This document shows, piece after piece, positions 23,124 to 62,221 of a stretch of 64,000 nucleotides of DNA (positions are counted from its first letter, which is position 1; each line of letters starts with the position of its first letter). The DNA is from Setoptus koraiensis (lineage: Eukaryota; Animalia; Arthropoda). The position numbers were made by a program, and so were the translations under genes. Location: positions 20,088,001-20,152,000 of the forward strand of contig CM106585.1 of NCBI GenBank assembly GCA_048013815.1. Direction: 5' to 3'. The notes below the pieces were generated by a model. The model saw only the letters and a list, made by a program, of their open reading frames with translations. It ran no database searches and was not told the origin of the DNA.

Positions 23124-25331
23124 CGGCAGCAATTCTAATCTGGCCCGACAAACACACCGTGCACTGCACGTTCGTAGTGACTCTGAACATTTAGCCACTC
23201 TCGCTCGACTGTGCGCATACCGGAAAACACTTTACAAACCGGTAAAGTGGCCAGAGGTGACATTGAACTTGGATTAGCGAGCAATGGCACGCTCACGCGA
23301 CATCTGGCTATGTATACATATACTGGTATATCTGTATATAACTGTATATATAAACCGGTATATATATATATTATCATATGCATATATTATTGTATGCATA
23401 TATTATTAAGCTGGCCATCGTGACCGCCGGGCGCCGCTGACACTGCTGTTGCGCAACGGCACCGATACTTTGCAAATGACTGACGCTAATTCGAGCTAAC
23501 GGCCTGCTCAGTGGCTTCAATCACAGCTCGCCATTGTCGCCAATCGATCATCTAATTAGGAGTGACCACTCCATTAACATTGTAAGTGAACGTGTGCGCG
23601 TGCTCCCAAGTCAGCCCATAAGTCACACTGGCAAGTGGCCGATGATGCCACTGGGCAGCAGAACGAACATTGATTGACAATGAGCACGCAATCGGACACT
23701 GTCATGTCACAGTCATTGTCAGTATGGTCAGTGTAGTTGGCTACCAATATAGTGAGTATGGTCAATAAAGTGCCACGAGCATAGTATGATTGGTTGGTTG
23801 CATGATGGCGTCGCATGACCGATTAGGCCGACACTCGTTACTCGTGTCATGATTGGCGCCCGCTTTGCATGAATGCACTTATGCCACAGTTGGGCCGGTT
23901 TACCGGTATAGCGTCGCCGGTTGTAAACAACATAATCTGCGAGTTTTGCAAGTTGCAACAACAGGCCCGCCACTGCAGCCTGTTAATCTCATTAACAAGT
24001 CTTGCCGATGATGATTGTGTCAGCGATGACGCAGCCGGTGCCATCGGTGCTGTCCGGCCGCCGGCCGCGCACAGTCTCGCCAGTATCTTAGCAGTATGTT
24101 AGCTTAGCTACATACGGGCCAGTTGCGACCGGCCCGTATGCTTGCTAGGCCCGTATGCAGCTTGATGGCGCTTGGTATGATCGGGCGCCATTGCGGCCCG
24201 TCCAGTTTACTCAAGATTTCGGCCCGTCCAGTTTACTTAACCCCGGCCACCGACAAACCTGTCGCCCTGTCGCCCTGTCGCACCTGTGTCGGCCGGGTCA
24301 GCGCGATGCCAGCTGGCCGCGGGCCCAGTTGACCTCTGCATCGCAGGGTGCCCCACACGGTGCCCCCACACGGTTCGGCCACTACAGTCGCAACTACAAC
24401 AACTGAAGTTGTAGTTGTTGCGGCCAGCAGCGAGAGTGCATTTTTTCAGCTTGCTTGTTGTGTAAATTACATAATGTAACACTCGCTGTCCTGCTGGCTG
24501 TTGATGATGCGTCGTTGGCACGTTGTTGGGCGCAACCAGTTAGCCTAATTGGATGTCGCCGGCATCGCCTGACGCAGTCATTAGCAACTGTAACAGCGAG
24601 CAGGCACACATTGGGCTACTATTTTCACTGGTGCCACCAATGAAAATCATTGGTCACTGGCAGCATTCGCTAAACGCATCTTACTCACGCTTGCTCTGGC
24701 TGCATCTCATGCTGACTACATATCATTGTATGATTATCATTGCATCATTTCGCTGCATCTCTCTGTTACCGTATCCAGCGTTTCGTTGCCATCGGGCAAG
24801 ACGTTAGATGGCCACTACAAGCGAGCGAGCGAGCGAGCGCATGCGTTGCCCCAAGACCCACAAGCTAACTCAACTGAGGCAGTAGCAGCACACATTGCGT
24901 AGATTCAACTCGCGCAACGTGTTACGTTGTGTATGCAACGTTGTTATGTAACAGTAGACTGTTTGGCGCCATTTGCACTGTTGTTACATAATGTTGGCCA
25001 CTCAGTCGGCTTGCCAGTGTCATTGCGAGCGAGTGAGCAGGCATTGAACGGGCATCCGGCAGACCGAATGAATATTTGCAACATCCAGCATATCAGCGTA
25101 TCGGCACAACGTACTGTAATGTGTCGCAGCAAGTCGCAACAAAACGCAGCAAGTCGCAACAAAACGCAGCAAGACAGCACAGCATCAGACCGGGCAAGCG
25201 AGCGACAATTTCAGTGATAAGCTAATAAGTGTGACAACTAGCTGAGATACAATAATCAATAATCAATTATCAATAATCGATTGACCACTCAATTGACCGA
25301 TCAATTGAGCCAACGACCCAAACAAACAAAC

Positions 25332-26280
25332 ATGCCAAGCTCGCCAGTGTTGGTGTTGGCGACCATTTGCAACTTTGTCGCAACGCTGTGCCTCGTTCGA
25401 GTTGCTTGTGCGTCGGATTGGCCCGGCTCGGCGGGCAACTTGTCAACTGGCAGCAGCTTACAACAAATCACAATCACGCTCAACACTGTGGCCAACGCCA
25501 GCAGCGGCCCCGAGCGAGCTTACGTTTACAGCGACAGTCAAACGGCAAATATGAGAGCGGCAAATCCGACAACAACAGATACAACAAACACCACTCACAG
25601 GCTCACCAACAAGACGAGCGGCGGCGATCAACGCCAACAACGATACAGACAGGACCAGGCCAAGACGAAACTGATAAACTTCATCAACTACACAAGCAAG
25701 GTCAATCTGGGCCTGGGCAATCTTATTAAGACAACCACCAACGATGCCCTTATGACGACCACGGTGCTGAGAGCGCCCACCGGCCCGAGCACGGCCGCCT
25801 CAGCGAGCAAGTCAGTGGGCCGGGGGTTGCAGCAGGGCGACAAGGCGACGCTACAATCGAGCGACAGCGCCAAGTCGGCCGTCGACAGGTCGCAAACATT
25901 CGCGAGCGGCACGCCCAACAAACAGAGGTCTAGCGCAAGTGTTGGCGCCGGCCCGGCGCGGCCCAAAAAAAGCGACGACGCCAGCGACCGGCCCGACGAG
26001 TCCAATTTGAACGGAGTTGCGTCGGCCGACTTTATGCAAATGATGGACGAGATGATATCGATACAACAAAACGTCAGCATGCGAATATCGCAGGCCAGCC
26101 AGCACATGAGGAAGCAGCAGCAGCAGCCATCGTCGATTAGCAAGCGCCAGGGTCAGCTGCAACCGCCCGTTTCCGCATCCGCATCGCGCGGACCCAGCCA
26201 GAGCGGGGGCAGCGCGCCGCCCACGCAGCAGCGCAACTGGCAACAGGCGGCCAAGACGACCAACAATGGCCCCAGCAGCG

Positions 26281-26314
<34 letters not shown>

Positions 26315-28602
26315 AAACAACAACAGCAGCAGCAGCAACAACACAACGCGGCCCGCCAGCGCCCCGGCGAGCCAGCGACCGGGCCTGCTGGCGCTGACCT
26401 CTTTGTTTGCGCCCGCGGCCAAGACGGCGCTCATGCTGAACCGGCTGCTGCCCCAAGCGGCCGGCCCGGCCGCACTGGCCCCCGCTGCCCCCTCTCTCCC
26501 CGCTGCCCCCACTGGCCCCACCGGCCCCAATGGCCCCAATGGCCTCAATGGCCCCGCTGGCCAGTCGCAACTGCAGCAGCAGCAGCAGTCGCAGTGGCAC
26601 GGTCAGGGCAACCGGAGGGTGTTCCTGTGGAACCCGTTGGCCGTGACGCTGGCGGCGGGCGCCAAGCGACAGCAAGCCGCACACCAGACCTCGGTGCAGC
26701 CGGTGCAGCCCGTGCAGCCCGTGCAGCAAACGTCATTGCAGCAAGCGTCGGTGCAGCAAACGTCCGCCCAACAGGCCCGGCCGGCGGGTCGCTTCCGGCG
26801 GGCGGCGGACGCGCGGCGCGTCGATTGTGCGGGCGGCCAGCAAGCGGCGCCCAGCGTCACGGCCAACAATTGGCTAGAGGCGCAACTGAGCCAGTGCCGC
26901 CAAAACGAGGACACGGTGGCCAAGGTGATCGAGCATAATCTGCCCTCCACTCTGAACGAAATGGAGCGCTTATGTAACAGCACCCAGTTTCTGTTGAGCG
27001 TGTGCTGGCCGCCCACTGGCCCTCATGCGGCCGCGGCCGCCCCACTCACACCAATAAGCGACCCAATAACGGCCCAAGCCAAACAGGCGGCCCCCGAGTG
27101 CGGCGCGGACAGGCCGGGCGCCGGCGCCGGCAAGTCCGGCGCGTGGCCGGTGTACAAATCGACGCTGAGCAGCACCATCAAGGAGCGGGTGCAATGGATT
27201 TCTGTCAACTTGTGCATCGATCACGAGTTCAAGCAAGGTACGTGACGCTGCGCCATCGGCCATCCATCATGCGACACCCACTGTGGCGCCAACTGATCGC
27301 GCCTTCGAGCCGATGATTTATAAATTATCTCTCTCTCTCGCTCTCTCTCGCTCTCCCCTTTTCGCCCGATCTCCATTCAACATTTGACAATTGTTCCATA
27401 TGCACGCTGGTGGCCGATCACGACTGTCAGACTACGTGGACAACGTCCAGTGCCTGAGCAAGTGGGGCGCCAAGTACCAGCCCCAGTCGGCGTGCGCCAG
27501 GGATTACGAGCGCATCATTCGGGTGGTGTCGCACGAACCCGAGCCCGCCAACAGCAGCAACACTGTCGGCGGCGCCAAGACGACGCAGCATCACAGCAGC
27601 AACAACAACAACAAGCCGGGCGCCCACAAACAGGCGCCCGGCGACGAGCTCGAGGGCGACCTTGAACTGCGCACCCTATGCTGGTGAGTAGACTACCTAT
27701 GCTCGCATTCTGCCGCTCGGCCCCAAACAATGACACTTGCCACAAACACACCTCTGATCGCTCTTTTGTCTCGCCCCATATATAACTGTATATTTACCGG
27801 TATTCACCGTCACTTGCGGTTGCTTGCCGTTTGTTTACGCGGCTCGGCGTCGCACCTTCGCGTGGCGCAACAACGCGCACAAACAAATTGGCTGACCAAC
27901 CAACCGACAACAATGGCCAAACGACAACATTGCGCCCAACTGTGCCGCTCACATGTATTATTGCCAATATTACACGTTATCAGCTCGTTCGACGTCTTCC
28001 TCAGGTGCATCAGTGCCCAGGCGGCCAAGGACTGCGGCCAGTCGGCCAGCAAATTCGTTGGACGCTTTTTTGGCAAGCTGGCCGGCGAAGACGTGCGCAT
28101 ACATTGTAGCCAATACAATTATATTGGCAGCAGTGGCAGCAACAGTAGTAGCCACAATCAGCCAGCTAAATCACAGCAGCCGCCACTAATCAATGGTCAG
28201 TCGGCCTCGATATGCCAAGATTGGCAAAAACACAAACAACTGCCGGCCAGACCCAACAAGAACAATAGCACTATTAATAGTCAGAGCGGCGGTAGGCAAC
28301 GAAACAATAACGGACACACAACGGGCAACCAGAATCAGCAGCGCCCAAAGAAGCAGCCAAGCAACAGTTCGGCTAACAGCAATAGTAACAGCAAGGTAAT
28401 GCCATTGTTGTCGGCCGGCCAGACGCAACGCAACGCTGCCGCTTCCACAACAATACCAACAAGCCCCAAACTAGACCTCAGTGGCCTCACCAGCGCACCT
28501 GACTCGTGGCCTTTACTGTTTGTATCACTGTCGCTGTCGCTCACGCTCACAGTGCTCGTCCAGCACCACTCATACCACGACATATTATTGCGCGATGTTT
28601 GA
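25332..28602 (+). CDS. Secreted, probably GPI-anchored protein with a long low-complexity N-region and a Cys-rich DUF19-like domain, 3 exons, ~925 aa
   Basis: Signal peptide MPSSPVLVLATICNFVATLCLVRVACA. Exons 25332-27237, 27431-27683 and 27984-28602 join in frame (FKQ-D-YVDNVQC; LRTLC-C-SFDVFLRC) through GTACGT..CAG and GTGAGT..CAG introns. There are 13 Cys in a helical-domain pattern including CC..C..CG..C, and a hydrophobic C-terminus WPLLFVSLSLSLTLTVLV. AATAAA at 28888. The family assignment is by pattern only. Confidence 0.75.
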
Positions 28603-28942
28603 ATTAATTAACTAATCAATATAAATGGCCAATAACTTGTTGGCGATGAGTCATTGGCGACAAGTCATTGGCGATGAGGCTGCGCACTGGCACAGTGGCC
28701 AGAGTGACCGGAGAGGGTGGCCAGTTTGTGCACGTTTGCAGTTCGTGGCAGCACCGCGTTGTATTCACACTAATGTTATTGGCACCATGTCTGCATTGTT
28801 GTAATTGCAACAAACAATTTGTTAATTATGTAATCTCACAGCAGCACTCACTAGCGACCATGACACCAGGTGAATGCTGGCACGAATAATAAAAACTGAA
28901 CAACAATCCGGGTCTCTCGTCGAGCTGTTCGAGCTCATCGAT

Positions 28943-29004
28943 TCTACACTCTAGAGTCTGCACCCTAGAGTCTGCACTCTAGAGTCTGCACTCTAGAGTG
29001 TAGA
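28943..29004. repeat. Palindromic 14-bp array (ACTCTAGAGTCTGC x4) bounded by 14-bp inverted repeats
   Basis: TCTACACTCTAGAG (28943-28956) is the exact reverse complement of CTCTAGAGTGTAGA (28991-29004). Each unit contains the 10-bp palindrome ACTCTAGAGT (one copy has a substitution). Confidence 0.9.
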
Positions 29005-29298
29005 CTCCAGATTATGGAGTGAACACGCGGCCAACCTCATTTAACGCAACGGATATCCGTGCCGGCTGTGTTTATTGTTTATCATTAAACGCTCGCATTT
29101 AATTCTTGCTGCCAGCACTAGCTGCGCTTGCAGTGCGAGGTCCACTCTACAAATAACAATGTGACAATAATTCAGGCAAGTGATGATGATGTGATTTATG
29201 GTGGGCGTCGCGCTTGGTCGACATTCAATTGACTAATTGTCGGCCGGCAATCAATTAATACGGTGATTGTTGCATCAGCAATCAGAGTGGCCAACGCT

Positions 29299-32200
29299 CT
29301 ATTTGGTGGCGCTTTGGTCGTGCTTGCTGACCTGCACTCTGGAGCGCACATTTTGACGCTGTTGCGGGCGCTGGCCTTGGCGCTGGCGCTGGCGTTGGCC
29401 TCTTGGGCGCCTCACAACCGTCCGTTGCACAGCACCAACGGGCGTCCCAGCGAGCGGTGCGGTGTCCGGCGAGGCGGGCCCGCTCTCGCGCCAGGCATCC
29501 AGTTTCATGAACGGATAGTGTTTGCAATCTCGCAGGGAATTCTTGTCGTCGTCTTTCGATACAACACCGAACACGTTCGGTTGGGACTGTTTCAGTTCGG
29601 TTGTGTGACACAACACAGACGCCAGACTCACTTGTTCGTGTATGACGGCCAGCTGCTGCTGGCTGAACGGGGCCGGCTGAAGTCTGTTGTCAAAGAAGTA
29701 CCTGTCGCCGTAGCGCGTTCTTCGCATCTGTTCCGCTATCAAGCAAGCAAAGGTGGGCCCCACAGTGGCGCCCTCCATGGCCAGTTCCAATTGGCCGCCC
29801 ACCACTAAATCGATGTCTTGTATGTCTGAGTATATCAGGCGCAACTTGATGCCCGCTCCCAGCTGAAGGATGCTGTCCAATTGGGACCAGCGATGCAATT
29901 TGCCCAGTCCGCAAGCTTCGCGCACCTTGGTGTACGTGGGCAGACCGTGGTCTCGGCCGCGCTGAATGTCCAACGACAGCAGGTCGTGGCCCACCATTTG
30001 CAGTGGCGTTTGGAACAGGCGTCCGTGAATGTCTGCTCGTGTCACAAGCGCACGCAACAACGGATATTTGATTGACGCAAATCGGGGGATACAAACGAGG
30101 TTTTAGTGAGAAAAGGTTCGCGGCAACAACAGCAGTGACTCTCATCTGACCGGCACACTCTCATGATCTGACCGGCAACAGGCAGCCGCGCAATGGGCAA
30201 TCAGATCGGTCTACTCACCGTCGGGCATGTTTTCGTCCCAGTTTCCGCCGCCGTCCAGCAGCATGGCGTTCAGGGTGCCCTTGAAAAGGTGCCTCTTGCA
30301 CACCAGTTGTCCCTGTTGAAACAGCAGCCACACCGGAGTGGGCACGCGCGTCAACATGCCCGAGTCGCTCTTGGTCTGGAACAGGCCCCAAATCAAATTG
30401 TGTAGCCTGTAGGCGCCGTGAGCGTACTCGTTCAGTGTGCCGCCGTATCTCAATTGGGCGTCGTACGACTCCGTGTGACCCTTGTTTGTGTCCACCATAT
30501 CAATGGTGAATTGTTTCAGCACTTGTTTGCCCACCAGCACGGGCAGAAATTCCTTATACACTATCGATTGATATATGGCAATGTTGATGCGACGCGCCTC
30601 CTCAAACAAACGTTCGCTAGACCAATGTGGATTCAATTGGCTCAGTGCCACAACCAACTTGTTGTGCAAACGGAAGAACACTATTTGAATCACCGACAGC
30701 ATAGGTGACTGATTTGCACGCCCATCGCCCACATCCTTGAAGCCTTTCGTATCGTGGGGCATGCACGTGTGACCCTTCACTGCCGGCTTATCGGCCTTAT
30801 CCGATGAGGACACCAGTAGTGCGCTGTTGTTGGGATCGCGCATCTTCCTCGAATCCTCTACACTGTTACCATATACGACGCTCAAGTCTAACCAATGCGT
30901 CACGCCGCTCAATTGTTGCCTGGCACCCAAAACGCAATTGCTGGCCGTCGGCGGCGCCTGAATGTTTCGCACAAAATTCAAACATTTCTTGAATAATCCG
31001 TAAAATGGATCCAATGCGGGCACTTGGATGGGCGCACAATCGAAATGGTGCTTGTCAGCGTCATGTTTGCAACAATCTATGGGCGAGAATGGGTTAAATG
31101 ACAATGACTCCAGCGCGGCCGACGACATGTCCTGCAAGAAGAGTGAATATGATCAATGAAAACCGTTGTCATCAACCATTATCATCCATTCCATTATCAT
31201 CGACCATTAGCAGCACAAATGCGCTCACTGATCTAAACGTTCGCTTGCCTACTTACGTGCGCTATAAACTGGCCAAAAAAGACGCCCCTGTTGTCGCAAT
31301 CAAAACAACAAACGACCATTAGGTTTTGTTAGCATTAATTAGACGCGACAGTTGACACAAAAACGCTGAACTTTTCTACTCACATCTGACTGATCACTTT
31401 GCTTTGGCTGTCCAAAAGTCCGAACGATATCACAGATACTTCGCGCGCCCCTGGCAATGCGTTGCCATTCACACCTTTTTCTCTCAGCGCTTGGAAGCCG
31501 TCGTCGTAACTGAGGAGAGGCAGTGAAAACAAGAATCGATTTTGCTGTTAGAGGCATTGGCGTAATCAATTGGCAAAATTCAGTTTGAAACTATTACTCA
31601 CTATGGCAACAGCAGGCGATCGTAGCCTGTATTGGAACTGCCTAAACTCGGATATTCTAAGTTATTGCAAGAACCGTCCAGTGCTCGATAAGGGGCCGCT
31701 CCATCGCACTTAGGCTCCGGCTGACAGACAAAATTCAATTTATACTCGCTAAGTTGGTGTGCTTTGTTGCGTATCATTGGACCTAACGACGAATTGGACC
31801 TGTACGGAGGCAAATAAACAAATTGTCGTGAGAGAGTATCCGTGACAAAATCAATTCATTAGTGAGCTGACTGATCTGTTTTTATAGCATACCTCTCGGA
31901 GAGAAAATACTGCATTGCATCCAAATAACGGATACCATTCACTAGTCCACTGTCGGTGTAACCAAATTTTGGCATTTGGCTTGTGGCCGCACTGATATTC
32001 ATATTTAACAATTGTTGTTTGCTTCCAGAATTGCCTGTCTCGACAGACTCTGAGATAGCTTGCATTGCCGATGCAAATTGATTATGTTGCTCTAGAGAAT
32101 ATCCGAATACCGTGGTGTCAGTGCTTCCGGATTCTGAAGGAATTTGAAAATTATTTATTTGTGCTTGTCTTCTTTCAGCCAACTCTTCTAGGCCTCTTGG

Positions 32201-32575
32201 TGTTGATTTTGATTCATCTGTCAGGCTGTTATTGAAACAACAGACTGCTTGTCTGTGCCCGCGGTTGTTACAGCTTTCTATTGGGGCCTCAAAAGCCTCA
32301 AGACATTTCTTTGCTTCCACGCAAAAACCGCCCTGCAATACGTTGATATTACCCAAACACTGTGATCCAGATAAAGAGTCGCCGCTATCTGTCGTCACTG
32401 ATCGAGGCGATCGATTCGCTGTGACGATTCTGTCCACACTCTCATTATGTAACTCGTTACTTGCTGACTTGTCACATGACTGACAATCAAGATTGGTGGT
32501 ATGCTGGGCATCAAAAATTTGTAAATTGTTGGCAAAAACTAAAAAACCCAACGTTAGTATTATCTTTTTCGCCAT
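29299..32575 (-). CDS. Animal heme peroxidase (chorion peroxidase/peroxinectin-like) with N-terminal clip-like domain, 6 exons, ~894 aa
   Basis: Exons 32575-31893, 31799-31602, 31509-31384, 31287-31257, 31131-30219 and 30032-29299 total 2685 nt, all GT-AG and in phase. Motifs: signal peptide, YRALDGSCNN, GQFIAHD (distal His), THWLDLSVVYG, GDGRANQ (distal Arg), RLHN, AYRLHNL (proximal His), DIQRGRDHGLP, DIDLVVGG, GPTFACLI, GDRYFF. Minus-strand AATAAA at 29076-29071. Confidence 0.93.
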
Positions 32576-33487
32576 CAGTGAGCCTTTTGCAATAACTTCA
32601 AGATGCTGATTCTATAAGTTTGGTTAGTCCGATGTCAATCGGATTTGGTTTGATTTGCTTAACTAGTGTTTATTCAAGAATACCGTCGTACTCTATCACG
32701 ACGAAGGAATCAATTGGGTTCTGGTCACTGACAGTGGTACTTGCGTATTTGAACTAAAACAATCGCACTTCGTTCAAGCCTGTCAGCGAAAACGATTTCA
32801 GCTAATGAGTTTAGCATGTGCACAAAATGTCTGCGAACAATTCTTGATTAATATTGGTAGAAATCCAGACAACAAGAAAAAAGAATGGAAAGGTCAATTT
32901 TCATAACCGATAAGTTCAGAAATGTCAGACAAAAATCGTCACCCGATCCAGACGCTTAGCCTCCTCAGGTGACTACCGATACGATGCATATTGAACGCTA
33001 GAAAAGTAGAATCACAGTTAAAATGAAGAACTATTCCAACAGGTGAGGTTCAAATGACGTCAACAAGAGCTCGGTAGCTACTACAAAAGAATTCAGTTTA
33101 ACGAGGGACTTTAATTTAAAAAGTTTGTTATGTACTCATAAATCGTAATGAGCATTATCTGTATAGTTTATCTAAATGATTACATGAAGTAGTTGTAGAT
33201 ATTTCAATCATAGCGCATTTAACAGATCACAATTTAAAACATAATCACAATGTATCAATGTATATAGGTCAGTACTCTTCGAATCACGTTCTCCTATAAT
33301 AATTTAGATGTAATGATGTACAAATATCAGTGTATGCTTAGACACAGTAGTATACTCTCAGATATAAAATTCTTTCAAATTCTGAATTCATTTCTAAAAA
33401 TCATTAAAATAAAGATTAATGCATTTTATCAAGTATGGTTCGATTAAAATGAGTTTCCCAACATGATGAGATCATTCAATCATCACC

Positions 33488-62221
<28,734 letters not shown>

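Noticed and set aside
25851-27263. 292-aa and other minus-strand ORFs over the DUF19-like gene
   Set aside because: Antisense shadows of a GC-rich coding exon.
33467-33476. Perfect 10-nt complement of the bantam miRNA 5' end (AAUGAUCUCA) in the KDM3 3' UTR
   Set aside because: It is only ~12 nt past the stop codon, where sites are usually ineffective, and a single 10-mer is not improbable in 128 kb of two-strand sequence.
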